From: the human T2T-CHM13v2.0 reference genome, Homo sapiens
Strand: one strand, 5' to 3'
Assembly (NCBI RefSeq): GCF_009914755.1
Contig: NC_060941.1
Length of the DNA: 64,000 nt
Positions 11,966-25,400 of this stretch are shown in pieces. The notes below the pieces were generated by a model. The model had not been told where the DNA came from. It saw nothing but the letters and a program-made list of their open reading frames with translations, and ran no database searches. Each line of letters starts with the position of its first letter. Within the stretch, counting starts at the first letter, position 1. Position numbers and translations under genes: made by a program.

Positions 11966-12864
11966 TACCTTCCCATGAGCTCCTGAGTCAGTCCAGGGCA
12001 GAGAAAGAAGAATGGGTAGGGGGAACTGGGTCAGCCACTTTTCAACTTTTGCACCCCTGAGGCAGAAGGCTTCCCCACTCATGGAGCTGGCACTGATACT
12101 CCAGGCAGAGAAGCAAAGCTGCCGCCTGCCAGATTTCCAGAGCCCCATCAGTTGATGGCATCTGAAAGAGAGCCACCACAGAGCGCCACCACTGTGGACA
12201 TGATCCCTGACCTGCCCCAGAGGCTGGGCTTCTCCCCTTTCCCTCCTGCTCAGCCCCAGCACTGCCTAAGCTCCCACTGCCTCCCTAAGGAAGATTTGGG
12301 AGAAATCAGAAGTCAGGGGCCAGATGTTCCAGTTCCCCATAGGAATTCTTCTTTCCCTGGCCAAATCCAGGAAAGGCCACGTCTTTGGCCGGGTAGATGT
12401 TTAGGAGGGAAAAGGGTGAAGGTCCCAACCACCAACACAGCCCCCAGACTTCCACTAGCACCCTCAGCCAGCTGAGTCCAGCCCAGCCCACCTCCTACCC
12501 ACACCCCAGCAACAGCAGCCTCAGCTTCCACCTCCATTTCTCCTACCTTCCTAGGACCCTGCTCCGCCAGAGGCCCATTAAGTTGATTAAGAGGCACATT
12601 CCGGAAAGAAGGAGCCATATTTCAGCTCCTAGAGAACCCTCTGCCCTCCTCCACCTCCATCCCTTCCCTCTCTAATGTTCCTCTCCTTCTCCCCTCTGCC
12701 AAGGTCCTCCCCAGCCTGCCCTGGCCCCATCACTCACTGTCTGATCTCCCAGATTCTGGGGTACAGAAATGTTGGCCAGACTCCGTCAGGACTTCAGGGC
12801 GGGGCTGGGCCAAGACTGGGCCCGCCTGACATTTGAGACACCAGAATCTATTGTATTGATCATG

Positions 12865-12975
12865 GAATTTAATCCTCTCAACAGCCCTTTCAAGGAATTA
12901 TTACCCCCACTTTTTATAGATGAGGAAACAAAAACTGAGAGGTTAAGTAACTTGTCCAAGGTCACCTCATTAAGC
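12865..12975 (-). mobile_element. MIR fragment
   Basis: 'tttaatcctctcaacagccc...tagatgaggaaacaaaaactgagaggttaagtaacttgtccaaggtcac'. Confidence 0.8.
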
Positions 12976-13119
12976 CACAACACCCCAGCCTTTCTTAAAG
13001 GCAAGGACTGTGCTTCCCCTGCTCCCCTGCAAAGCCTCCCCCACATCCCACCACCACCAAGTCTGGCTTCTCCCACCCACTTCCCTTCAGACCACCCAGC
13101 CCAGCCTGCCCAGACATCA

Positions 13120-13278
13120 ACTCAGAGATTAAATGCATCTGAATCACCTGGGAAGTTGGTTAAACACAGATTCCTGAACCCTCTCCCAGAGATTCCAGGC
13201 CTCCCGTGGGCCCAGAGAGCTGTATTTTAACAACCTCCCTTAGTGGTTCAGATTTGCTGATAGGTTTGGAAACCACTT
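13120..13278. mobile_element. MER5A (hAT-Charlie) DNA transposon
   Basis: 'gcatctgaatcacctgggaagttggttaaacacagattcctg...tttggaaaccact'. Confidence 0.7.
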
Positions 13279-13706
13279 TATTAATCCAAATCTTTCATTA
13301 TACAGATAGAAAAACCAAGGCCCAGAGAGGATATGTAATAAGTCCAAGGTCACATAGGAAAAGCCCAAAGTAGGACCTAAGCCCCAATTCACTTTTTGCC
13401 CGGAGGTCCATCAGCAGAGAGCAGCCAGGCCCCAGAGCTTTTCTGGCACTACCCCTACCCTCACCCCTGGCCCCCACTTCCCTCCAAGTAACCAAACATG
13501 GAAAGCTCAGGCAGGGCATCCTGTGGGAAAGAAGTGATCTGATGACCCCACACCGCTTCCCTTCTGGGCCTGGCCTGGATGTGCCTTGTGGAAAGGTCTT
13601 TGCGTTCTCTAAGTCTCCCTTCTTCCATCTGTTACTTGGGTCTCTGAGATGTGCCCTTTCTGCCTTCTGTAGGGGAGCCAAGAACCGAGAATGAAAACAC
13701 AACAGG

Positions 13707-14328
<622 letters not shown>

Positions 14329-14782
14329 TCAGAGGCACAAGCACTTGGCTTGCTCAGGATAAGAGCTCATGGCTGTGCCAGAAGGATCCTCCTCAGAGGG
14401 GCCCTTGACTGCAGGGAAGCCACTTGTTTTTGACAAATCCATTACACCTTCTTTGCAGCTGTTATCCCCACTGGATGGAGGAAACAAATCAGGGCCCAGA
14501 GACAACAGTCGGGTGGTCAACCTGCTCTCAGAGTCACCTGGGACGTTTCTATTTTTACCACTGAAGTTCCTGAGTCCCTGAAAATCATCAGTTTCAGAAA
14601 AACCAGACCGGAGGCCACTCAGGACAATGAGCAGCATGCTCAGGGTCACACCGCATGCGTCCTATGGGCCTCCTGTCCCCTCCCGCCCCAGGGGGGATTT
14701 TTTTTCTTTTTATGGTAAGGAATAGTAGTGATGTCCAGGCCTGCAAAACACAAATGACAATAAACAGCAACAATACTAACAT

Positions 14783-14951
14783 AATGTTTCTTCAGTTCTA
14801 AGATGCCATTGATTTTAAGTTAAAGTCAAGTTAACAGCTTATCAGGGGCAAAATGGGAGCTGTATTACATTACATGTAAGATGCATCATGATCCCAGAAT
14901 TTAAATGTTGGAAAGAAAAATAATGGGGGTCTTCAAATTGAGGAAATATTT
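14783..14951 (-). mobile_element. MER104-like (TcMar-Tc2) MITE
   Basis: Degenerate TIRs 'tgtttcttcagttctaagatgc' ... 'gggtcttcaaattgaggaaatat'; internal 'gtaagatgcatc'. Confidence 0.6.
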
Positions 14952-15489
14952 CAGTGATCATAACACTAACAGTTGCACAGCCCAACACATGTAGGGGACT
15001 TGTCCATTGACAAAGCCCCACTGAGTGTGCAGGTGTTGCTATGATCTCCGCTGCAGTGAGAGGAAACTGCCCACGGTTTCCCATCTAAACTCAGGTGTAG
15101 GTCTGTCTGTCCTAGTGGACCCACAAACCTCCCCGTCCCTGAAGTTCTCCATCAGGCTCCTAGGAGCAGATGTCTCGGCCAAGAAGGGTGGAGTCGAGGG
15201 AGGCTCTCTGTACCCTTCTGGGGACTAACAGCATTAGCTCCAACTGTGTAATACCAATGGCCTCATAATTTATATAGCGGTTTTCATTACCTCCCTTTTC
15301 CAAAGGCTTGTTCAATAAATTTCCATTTTATGAATTCCAAAGTGCTCTGTGGAATATGGAGCTCCACCTAGCTCCAATTGCAGTGGAGAATGGAGGGGGC
15401 TAGAAAGACAGTAGGGGGCTCCCCCCAGATCCCCACAGGCCAGGGGCTAGACAGCTCACCTGTGCGGGGTGGGGGAAGACCCACAGGAA

Positions 15490-15680
15490 TGGAGAACGCC
15501 AGGCTGGGAACAAGTCCTGGTCTCTCTCCACTTCCTGGCTTGGTGAGCTTGAGCCTCACCTTCCACATCTGTAAACACGGGAGGGGTCAGACCTCCTTTG
15601 TGGATTGTTTTGAGAAGTAAATGAGATAATGGGAGTGTAATACTATACCTGGCACGCTGCAGTTATATGGCAAGTGCTAT
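15490..15680 (+). mobile_element. MIR
   Basis: 'gagcctcaccttccacatctgtaaacacggg...gagaagtaaatgagataatg'. Confidence 0.65.
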
Positions 15681-15819
15681 TTTTCTTCCTTGTTTGTAAC
15701 CATCTCCCTGTTTCACTCAGGTAGTCAGTTGCCCCTCCTCTGGGGAGCCCCCAGGATTGGCCACACTGAGGCCTCTCTTCCTCTGCTCTTAATACCTTCC
15801 TCAGCAATAGAAGGTATAT

Positions 15820-16400
15820 TAGTACTTACCGATGTGGAAAATCTCCAAGACATATTGTAAAGTTAAAAATAAAAAAGCAAGATGCATTTCAAAATAACCA
15901 AGACAGTAGATTTTAAATGTCTCACCAAGAAAAATGATAAGTGAAGTGATGGATATGTTAGCATAATCTAATAAATTATGCCAATTTATCATTAATTAGC
16001 ATAATTTAATCATTCCACATTGTATACATATATCAAAGCATCCCATTTTACCCCATAATTGTATATAATTATGATTTGTCAATTAAAAATAACATTAAAG
16101 AAAGGAAGGAAAATAAGATGCAAACCAGTTTGTAGAATATAATTCCAATTCAATACAATATATTTTTACATGGATGTATGTGCAAATACATATATATGTA
16201 TATATAAAGAGAAATCATAGAAAAACCAGCAAGTAGATTTCGCCAACTATTAACAGTTTTTAACCTCTGAAAATGGGACTTAGTGGTGAGGAGGGAAATT
16301 TTAATTTATTTTTGTGTAATTTAGTTTAGTGGGATTGGGGGTGACTTTTACTTTGCAGTTGGTATTTTTTGTATAGTTTTCTAATTTAAAAGGAAAATAA
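15820..16400 (+). mobile_element. Old L1M fragment interrupted by an L1MA 3' end (15887-16114)
   Basis: L1MA 3' UTR 'gatggatatgtt...cattccacattgtatacatatatcaaagcatc' flanked by TSD AAGATGCA (15879-15886 and 16115-16122). Confidence 0.7.
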
Positions 16401-17074
16401 AAAGATGACTCCTCCCCTGAAGAATATGAAATATCCTCCCCTTTTACTGCTCCAAGGAAGATGCTGCCAGAGGTTAGATGTCCAATTTTAGGTGCCATGG
16501 ACACTTTGAAGCCAGAAATTTTGAGGGGATTTTTTTTGCCCTCACGTGAACCAGGCTCTGGGCCCTGTTCCCTCCCTCATATCCACTCCAGTCTCTGACC
16601 CCTGTCCCCTCCCCGCTCGCAGAGGTCTAACCCTGCTCTCCCCCGGCATGAGCCTGGTGAGTTTGGGTACCCTGAGTCTCTCTTGGAGGGTGACTAAGGG
16701 CCAATTAGGAACTGTAGCTGCGTCTCTTACCATCTTGGAGATGCACCTGTACCCGCTGCAGTCGCCACGGCAACACAGCTATACCGGGGGTGCTGCCCAG
16801 GAAACAGGTTGCCGGGAAACAGGGCTGAGGATGAGCAGGGTCTCACCAGAAAGAAGCCCTCTCCCCTGTTTTTGAGGAGGAGGCAAACAGAGGGGAAACC
16901 AGGCAAAGATACAACCCATCATCGGTGGAGGCAGAGAGGCCTAACAAGTCTCTCCCCAGCCCTGGCCTCAGTTTCCGCACTCTGTGAAGAGGCAACAGCA
17001 GGTGAATGATTCCTTAGGACCCTTTCTGGGCCTAGCAGTTGGTGAACTGGCTGGAGAAGGGTAGGCCCAGAGCC

Positions 17075-17330
17075 AGGGTAGGAGTCTGGGCTGTGGAGCA
17101 GAAAGCCTCTGTCTACAAATCAGTTCTGTCACGAGTGCTGGACTTCCCCTGTGCCTTAATTCCCTCAACTGTGTGAACAGGAATAATAGAAGTACCTACC
17201 TCTCCTGGTGGTTTTATAGAATAAATATAATTCGACTTGCAGGGTGTAAACTCTCAGATATTTCAGCTGTTGCGACTAAAATCCCTGGCACATAGCAAAC
17301 ACTCAATAAGCATGTGTGATCGTTAGTTAT
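17075..17330 (+). mobile_element. MIR
   Basis: 'ctgtgccttaattccctcaactgtg...ataatagaagtacctacctc...ctggcacatagcaaacactcaataag'. Confidence 0.7.
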
Positions 17331-17379
17331 TCTCCCTCATCCTAGCAGGTCCCAGACAGCCTGCACCCTCAACTGATCC

Positions 17380-17890
17380 ATCAGAAATTATTTGGTAAGC
17401 ACTGACAGTCTGCCAAGCTTTGTTCTAGGCCCTGAGGATACAAAGATGGAATAAAACAAATAAGTCTTCCCATGTGGGACTTGCAGTCTAGCAGGGTTCT
17501 ATGGCCTTCAGCCCATGGAGGGATGATAGTGACACTGTGTGATCTGTGCTGGGATGGCCAAAGAACAGAGCGAGGGGCAAGGGGGCAGGGAAGGTTGTCC
17601 TGAGGCAGCAACATCTGAGCTCAAGTTTGAGTAAGAACCTGGCCTGGGAGAGAAAGGCACTCCTGGCAGGGAACAGCATATGCAAAGGCACCAAGGTCAG
17701 CATGACCAGTGAGATTGTCTGGGGGAATGGCAAGGAGCATGGTCAGCTACAGTGGAGATTGGGAAATGGAAAGTGGAGAGTGCTAGCCTGGAGAGGCAGG
17801 CACCAGGCAGACTGTGAATGGCCATGAAATGAATGCCATCAGTCTGAGGATGCAGAGAGCTCTAGGGAGTCTTAAGCAGGGGAGGGACAG
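17380..17890 (-). mobile_element. L2 LINE 3' part
   Basis: 'ttgttctaggccctgaggatacaaagatg...ggcagggaacagcatatgcaaaggc'. Confidence 0.75.
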
Positions 17891-19144
17891 GAGGACACCT
17901 GGAGGGGGCAAAGGCAGAGGCAAGGAGAGCAGCAGGAGGGCACTGGGCCAGGCAGAGGCCACAGGGAAACCTTGTGCTCATGGCCCTGCTGACTCACCCC
18001 CAACTCATCCCATGGGTGCTGGGCATGATTTGAAGAAACAGCCAAGTGCAGAGGCTGAAGCAACACCTTTGTCATTTCCTCATGAGTCTCCCAGTGACTC
18101 TAATGGCCAGACCCAAAGGAGACCTCCCAGACAGTCTGAGCAACTACAGGATCACTGGAATCAGTGCTGTGTCTCCCAAGAGAATGTAGGTGCAGCGGGA
18201 ACGCTCAGTGAGATGTGCCGCATCCAATCTATTTGTTCCATAGAAAATCCAGGCACAGGGCTGCATAGTTACACCTTGGATTTGGTGTCAGAGGCTCAGA
18301 GGTGGAAGAGGACTTGGAGATCTCACTATCTGGCCCTTAGAGATGCTGCAACTCCCCTAGGAGGGAGTCACCTCATTTTCCCCAGGCCCTTTCTTTGGAG
18401 GCCAAGAGCGCTTTAAGCTCCTTGGCACGCTGGAGCTGCTGTGAGCAGGAAACGGGGATGGCAAAGTTTCTGCAGGCGGGAGCCCGGTGACACCCTCCAC
18501 CCCTAGTTCTACAGACAAGGAAACAGAGGATCAGTGAGGAGTGACTGGCACAGTGAGTCATAAGCAAGTGGAGGTTTGCAGCTCCTGGACCAGGTCACCT
18601 GCCAGCCTCCTCCTCTATCCTTCTAAAGAACAAAGCAGGCTGTGTCTGAGGCCCATGTCACCACGGAATCTTGGCTCCAGCCTGAACCTGAGGCAGCCTG
18701 AAGAGCTAGACCTGCTCCTGTTCTTTCCTTTTCTTTTTTGTTGTAATCTTTTTTCTTTCAACCTGACCTTGAGCTCAGCTTGGTTTGAGGAAATAAAGTG
18801 AGGGTTCTGAATGGCAGGAGGGACGGGGATGAAACTCAGGGCTCAGAGCAAGACTCAGCCCTTTCTGGTTCCCCACGGGCCCCAGGATTTTTACGTTTTC
18901 AGCTGGACTCAAAATAGAAGGGGTTTGGAACAAAGCCCTAGAAAGGGTCATCACTCAACTGGGAGGCTAAGAGAAGACAAACACTGGGCATTAGGAACAC
19001 AGGAAGCACCCACTTATAACCCCTTGGCCTGTGAGCAACCTACTTTAAGCACCAGCCAGCTGGAGCCCTCCTGAGCCTCTGTGAGTCTTCCCCTGTCCCA
19101 CCTGCAACTGAGAATACAGCAGGAGGGGAGGGAGTAAAATGAGG

Positions 19145-19265
19145 GAGGGCTCCTCCCACTAGACCATGAGGTCCTGAAGGGTAGGAACTGGGGCTTATTC
19201 ATGGCTGTGTCCTCAGCATCAAACACAATGAACTGCATTCCCTCTAAGTTCAATAAATATGTCAT
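19145..19265 (+). mobile_element. L2 3' end
   Basis: 'ccactagaccatgaggtcctgaagggtaggaac...ttcaataaatat'. Confidence 0.65.
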
Positions 19266-19279
19266 ATTGGAAGAAAGAA

Positions 19280-19515
19280 ATATTAATTAAGCACATATTA
19301 TGAACCAAGCTTTCTACTAGGAGAATTCTCATATTTTGCCTCATTTAATCTACACTTCAACATGCTCAGAGAATTGTGGTTGTCCCCATCTGGCAGAAGA
19401 GGGTCTGAAGTTCAGAGAGGTTAACTTTACTTCCCAAAGTCACATAGCTCATGAGCGGCAGGGTTGAGATTCATACTCATGGCAGCCTGGCCCTGAAGCC
19501 TGTACTTATTCCTCC
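19280..19515 (-). mobile_element. MIR
   Basis: 'ctcatttaatc...cagagaggttaactttacttcccaaagtcacatagct'. Confidence 0.75.
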
Positions 19516-19974
19516 TCACCTTGCCACCCTCTGATGCAGGGGAGCTTCAGGGGAGAGAACACCTAGCTCTGGCAACCAGGCCACAGTGGAGCAGCTCCTG
19601 GGTATGGAATCCTTTCTCAGCTCTGCAGTTCAAGCTTTCATTTCAGCCTGGTTCCGGGAACGGGGCCCTGAGTCAGTGCCTCATTTGGTGTTTGAGCATA
19701 AATGTTTACAAGGAAATGGAGTTCTTCAAGTGACTTTTTCTCCAAATCTGACCTTTAGGACTTGCTTCTAAAGGGCACAGTGTCTGCATGTCTACAAGAG
19801 GCTGGGGCACTACATTAGGAAGACAGGCTGGGAAGGCAAAGGTCCAGGGAGAAGGGGACAGTGTGACTCCCAAGTAGCCGCCTCATCCTCCTGCCACCCT
19901 GAGATTAGGATGCAGGTCCCTCAGTGAGGCCAGCCAGTGGGAGGAGAGGAACTTCATGCCTTCTGAGAAATAAG

Positions 19975-20165
19975 TAGGTGCCAAGCCCCTCGTGTGTCCC
20001 TTCACAGCCAGGGCTGCATTTAATCCTCAAATAGTCCTGCGAGGAGAGCGCTTTTGTCCCCATTTTATAGAATGCAAACTAAGCCTGGAAGTAGCAGAAT
20101 CAGGCTTGGAACCCAGGGCGTCTGGCCCCAAGTCTGCATTTTTTTCTGCAGCATCACACTGCCTG
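19975..20165 (-). mobile_element. MIR
   Basis: 'catttaatcctcaaatagtcctgcgagg...ccccattttatagaatgcaaactaagcct'. Confidence 0.65.
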
Positions 20166-23100
20166 AGGGCCAAATGTCCCTTTGTTGGCTGTGCCAGCAG
20201 CCAATGTGTCTCTCTGCTCTCTCTGGGGAGGGGGACATAGTCTCCTGGCAAATTATCAGCAAAATGGGCCCATGGAAGTGGCCCCCCAGCAGCAGTCAAA
20301 CCCCTGCCACTTTCTGAACCCCTCCTTGCTCAGGGGTCTGACAGATTCTGAGTCCTGGGGATCATTCTCCCTGTCACTCCAGGGACCACAGAGCCCTGGG
20401 AAACTCAAAAAGCCTGGAAGTCTGCACCCAGAAGACCATGAAAGATGCTCTCAACCAATCCTCTCTGTGTTTGACAGATGGGGAAACTGAGGTGCAGAGA
20501 AGAGCAGGGACCTAGCCAAGTCCAGGAGCCCATGGGAGGCAAAGACACACTGGCAGGCACTCACTCCCTGCAACCTTTCTTGTGGGAGCTCCCAGCCCAC
20601 ACAAGCCCAAGTCCATTGAACAGGCTTGGGCACTTGAGCTAGTGTCAACTGGTGGCTCTATGGGTGAAGGAATAACTGAATTAATGCTTCCTTGGTCCAG
20701 TGGGCACTTGTGTCTCAAGGTCTGAGCAGGAGTTAGACGGCACAGCATCTAGAAAGGATGTAGTTCTAGGGACATTGTAGTTTGATCACTGTGATAAAGA
20801 GCTTAGTGTGTGCCAGGTATTCCAACACCATCTCAGGCAATCCTCTATTAAATGAGAGATCAGTGTGGTCACACTGTCATCGTATCAATGATGACACTAA
20901 GCAGCACAGCGAGGATCCCGGTTTCCTGTATCAGTGAACCAGTGGAGCTCCCTCCTCTTCTGCCTGTCGGCCAGAGTTGGTGAGGACTGAGCGCAACACC
21001 CCCACTCCCACCCCAGCACACCAGGTGCCTCGGAGCTGGGAAACAGGCTGAGCTGGAGCAGGCTGGGAGATGGAGCTGTCAGCTTCCCATCTGCGTGGGT
21101 GTGATGCCTGCTTCAAGTTTCCGCTCCCATTCAGGGATAGTGATTGAAGGCACTCGAGGGGAACCGTGCGTTTTCCAGGATGATGATGGTGATTTACTGG
21201 ATAATGACTCTATGTCTATTCTTAAGCCGAAGGCTGATGCCAGGTGCTCCCTCCTACAGTGACCTGGGTTCTTCCTAGAGGCCTGCTTCCCACAAGTGCC
21301 ATGCCAAGTCGCAGGGAACTTTTGCTCAGGCCCAGGGAGTACACTCGTAGACCATCAAGGGCTCAGCCTCTCTGAATCACCCCTGGGACTCCCAGGCTGC
21401 CCTTGGCTGGGGAGCTCCCCAGAGAACTCTCAGACCACTCAGACTCCACCATGTCTGTGTCAACTGTCAGAGGCAGGGCGTTCTTTCTTAAGTTCCACCT
21501 AGAATAGAAAGGTCACACACACTAGGCTAAGAGTCAAGGGACCCAAGGTCCAGTCCCAGCTCTGGGTAGTCATTGCCCACCCCTGGGCCAGAGGAAGAAA
21601 GCTCTGTCAGTTTACAGTTCAAAGAGGAGAAAGTCTGCAAATCACTCTCGTTTTGGTGATCAAACCCCAGTAGAGCCACGCAGCCCCTTGGTCACTTCAG
21701 TCACACCACGAAACATGAAGAGGGGGAATAATTTCATCTACTCTGCTCTCTGCTCTTAGGACCAAGGTCTACAGCTGTTCATTCCTGTGACGCTGTGCTG
21801 TGGTAAAGAATGTCCCCCTCCTCCTCCATAAAGAGCTGTGCCTTCCCCATCAGAATGGCTGGGTCTCCAACCACACGTAAGGGCCCCGTTTCCCACAGCA
21901 ATGCTGCTTCTCCTCTATTCTCAGACCCCCTAAAACTCCTTATTCACTAGGCCTCCTCCATAGATCTCAGAGCACCAGGCTGGGGTGAAGCCTCTTAGAG
22001 CCAAACCCCTCACCTACCCCTAATGGAGGTGTTTGAGCTGGGCACATGAAAAGTGGGGAGAGGGCATAGAGATGCCCCAACCTGCCAAAGCTCTGAAAGC
22101 CATCCAGTCCTCAGAAGAGCCTCCTGGAACCCAGGGTCCTTAGGCCAGGCTGGGTGAGCAGAGAAGGAGGCCTGCAACTGCCCCTCCCTCCCAGCCATGA
22201 ATCACTCCAGTCAAAGGAGTGATGCACCTGCTGGCTCTCAGCTCCCCCACAGCCTGCTTTCCTGCAGTCAGGACCAAAAGCGGGACTTCTCCCTCTGGAG
22301 GCTCAAGAGGAGTAGGGAAGGTTATGGGATCAGATTGGGGTTGTGAGGCAGGACAAAGTCAGTGAACTGGAAAGAAGGGGCCAAGGTGTCTTCCTGTGTG
22401 TTTTGCAAGAGTTCTCTAAGGAGGGGCGTTGAGGCACCAGTCTGTTCCAACAAGAGGCTGGGCAGCACAGCCCGCCTTTGCACACAATGCTGTCATTGTA
22501 TAGATTACCTCAGATCAATAAAAACAGCCACACTTTCTCAAGTGCTTTATTCACACTTCATATGACATTGAGAAATCATCAATTTGCCCACATTACAAAT
22601 AAGAACAGCAAGGGATGACTTTAGAGGTGGGTGGGAAGGTAGAGAGGCTGATGAAATTATGGGGGAGCTAAAGTCACTCTAGAAAATATTGGTGGGACAT
22701 AGACTCCCTTCCCTTGCTTCTTAGACAAATGAGCTTGGTGAGTTTGATTGTGAAATCTGCCAGAGTTTCTCTCTATACCCTTCCTATGAAAGGCAGTTTT
22801 GGGGAAGCTTTTGCACAGTAAGTCTTGAATAAGTGTTTGTAGGCTGAACAAATGAAGAAGTGGGGCCTCCAGCCCCCAGGGCCTTTGGGAGCCAGGTCTC
22901 CAAAGACTAAATTGCTGGAGGGTGTACAAGTCTGTTTACTCCTTGGCAGAAACACAAGTCTCCCTGGCTTCAAAGAAAAGAGGCTTAAAAAGGCTTGGGC
23001 ACCGAAACGCAGACATCAAAAGCCTCCTGCCCACTGCCAGCCAGATGTGTTAAGTGCAAATGAAGCTGAAATGTGCAGATTCAATTTCCCTTGAAACGTA

Positions 23101-23989
23101 CCTGTCAGCCCAAAAGGAAAAGATTGGAAGGTAGAGGCTTTTCTTGGCCTACTGCATCTTCCCCTCCACCCAGCACCAAATCCCACAGCTTCCTCATCCC
23201 TCTTCATCCTTAGGTTGACTGCTCATTCTACGGGTGTTTTGGAAAGGGAAAGGTGTTCAGGTTGAAGGCAGAGAGATGGACAAAATGTCTATATAAGGAT
23301 GTCAACTATTAAAGGTGAAGGGAGGATGCTGTTGTCTTTTTTTTTTTTTTTTTTTTTTTGGAGAACAATGAGGCATCTGTCTAAGGATTTATCTGTCAGC
23401 CCCTTCCCCATCCCAGGGATGCCCAAGTCTTGGGGGAAGAACTCAATTCCCACACAAAGGAAGACAGCTCAACTGGGTAAGGAGGGCTCCCCTTGTTTGA
23501 GGGGACAGAAACAATTCATGCTGCCCAGGAGCCTCCACCTTGATAGAGATTTCCCTTGAAATGGAAATCTGAGCCCTGCCTCAGATGAGATCCTAGTCTG
23601 ATGGGGGAGGTAGCTCGGCCCAAAACCCCCCTGTCTGATGGTCAGTTAGCTTTCCCAATATCTAATAAACAAGCAGAGCTCCCCCAGCCCTGCAGTGTCC
23701 CTGGATGAGCCTTTACCAGATTTGCCACAAACAAGGACAGCTGCCAGGCATCTGGGCACCAGATGCTCTCCTCATCTGTTTCCTGGCCATACCCAAGGAT
23801 TCAGAACCTTTTCCCCATTCACACTTACAGTCTAAGCAGGGCCCAGCCTGAGCTGCCCTGATCACCTCACCCATTATTCCCCCTCCATCAATATTCCCAA
23901 CTGCACATCCTGGGAAGCCTGGTTCTTGGGGCAGAAATAGTAATGTACCCTCACCCTGGCAACAGCACCTGAAAGTCAGCAACAAAATC

Positions 23990-24330
23990 AGGCAACAGCT
24001 ATTGAGCGCTTACCATGTGGCAGGCATAGGTGATGTGCTGGGGATGGAATAGCCAATAAGACACAGTCTTGACTGTGGAGGAGTCCCTGTTCCGAGCCCA
24101 AAGTTGACATACCCTCTGGGTCCTGCTGTTTCCCCTGTACCTGTTGGAGTCCCATGAGAGCACAAAGGAGGGAGTGATTCATTCTCTTTGAGCTAGGGGT
24201 GGGGTACACAGGTTTCTACCCCAGAGGAGGGGACATTTGATCCAAGCCTTGAAAACTGAGCAGGAAGTTGCCAGGCTGGGGAGGAATGAGCATTCTGTCA
24301 GGGAGAAAGAACGGCTCGGGAAGGGACATA
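23990..24330 (-). mobile_element. L2 fragments
   Basis: 'tattgagcgcttaccatgtggcaggcatagg...ctggggatggaatagcc'. Confidence 0.55.
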
Positions 24331-24393
24331 TTTCCACTGCAGCCAGAACGAGTGAGACTCGGGGGTCAGGAAAGGGGCAGCCAGGTTGCCCAG

Positions 24394-24552
24394 CAGTGGT
24401 TCTCAAACTCTAGCCTGCATCACCGGAACGACTTGTTAGAACAAACACTGCCAGACCCCACGGTCAGAGCTTCTGATTCAGTTGGCCTGGGGTAGGCCAA
24501 GGTGATGTTGGTGCTACTTAGCAGTCCACAGACAACACCTTTGAGAATCATG
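24394..24552. mobile_element. MER5A DNA transposon
   Basis: TIRs CAGTGGTTCTCAAA ... TTTGAGAATCATG; 'cagagcttctgattcagttggcctggggtagg'. Confidence 0.8.
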
Positions 24553-24564
24553 GTTATAAAGGGT

Positions 24565-25015
24565 CATGGAAAATTGTGTTATTACTCCCAATTATTCTAT
24601 TTCTCCTTGTAATAGTATTACACATCAGCTCCTTTTGCCATGTGACTTGTCTCTTGCTATTGGAGGAGGTGAAGTATAATTTCCTGCCCCACTGAGCTCA
24701 GCCACGTGGCTTGCTTTGGCCAGTGAAGGATTGGCGGACTCAACGTGAGCAGAGACTTTAAAAGTGCTTGCATAGTTTAGCTAGGCCTCTTGTGATCTGC
24801 CATTCTGCCTTGGGAAGGGCATGCTTTGGCGAGATGCTGGTCCCAGAATGAAAGCCACGTGGCACAGCCCTGAACCCAGCCTACCACTTGAAACAGAGCT
24901 GCCCCAGCCCACCTGAAGGCCCATGCATAAGAAACATTAGTATTTGTAGTCGTTAGCCATTGAGATTTAGGGAGTGTTTGTTGTACAGCACCATAGCAGA
25001 AGTCTGATGGATTCA
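24565..25015 (+). mobile_element. MLT1-family solo LTR
   Basis: 'gccacgtggcttgctttggccagtg' and terminal 'ttagccattgagatttagggagtgtttgttgtacagca'. Confidence 0.75.
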
Positions 25016-25076
25016 AGAGCTTTGAATGACATGCTAAGAAATTTAGGAGTATAATTGCTAAATGCAGAGTAGATCT

Positions 25077-25400
25077 TTTTTATTTTTCTTTGTTTGTTTG
25101 TTTGTTTGTTTGTTTTTTGAGACAGAGTCTCACTCTTTCACCCAGGCTGGAGTTCAGTGACACGATCTCAGCTCACTGCAACCTCCGCCTCCCAGCTTCA
25201 AGCAATTCTTGTGTCTCAGCCTACCAAGTAGCTGGGATTACAGATGCGTGCCAACACGCTTGGCTAATTTTTGTATTTTTAGTTGAGACAGGGTTTTGCC
25301 ATGTTGGCCAGGCTGATCTCAAACTCCTAGCCTCAAGTGACCCACTCGCCTCAGCCTCCCAAAGTGCTGGGATTACAGGTGTGAGCCACTGCGCCCAGCC
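25077..25400 (-). mobile_element. Alu (AluS) with (TTTG)n tail
   Basis: Full reverse Alu ending 'gtgagccactgcgcccagcc'. Confidence 0.95.
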
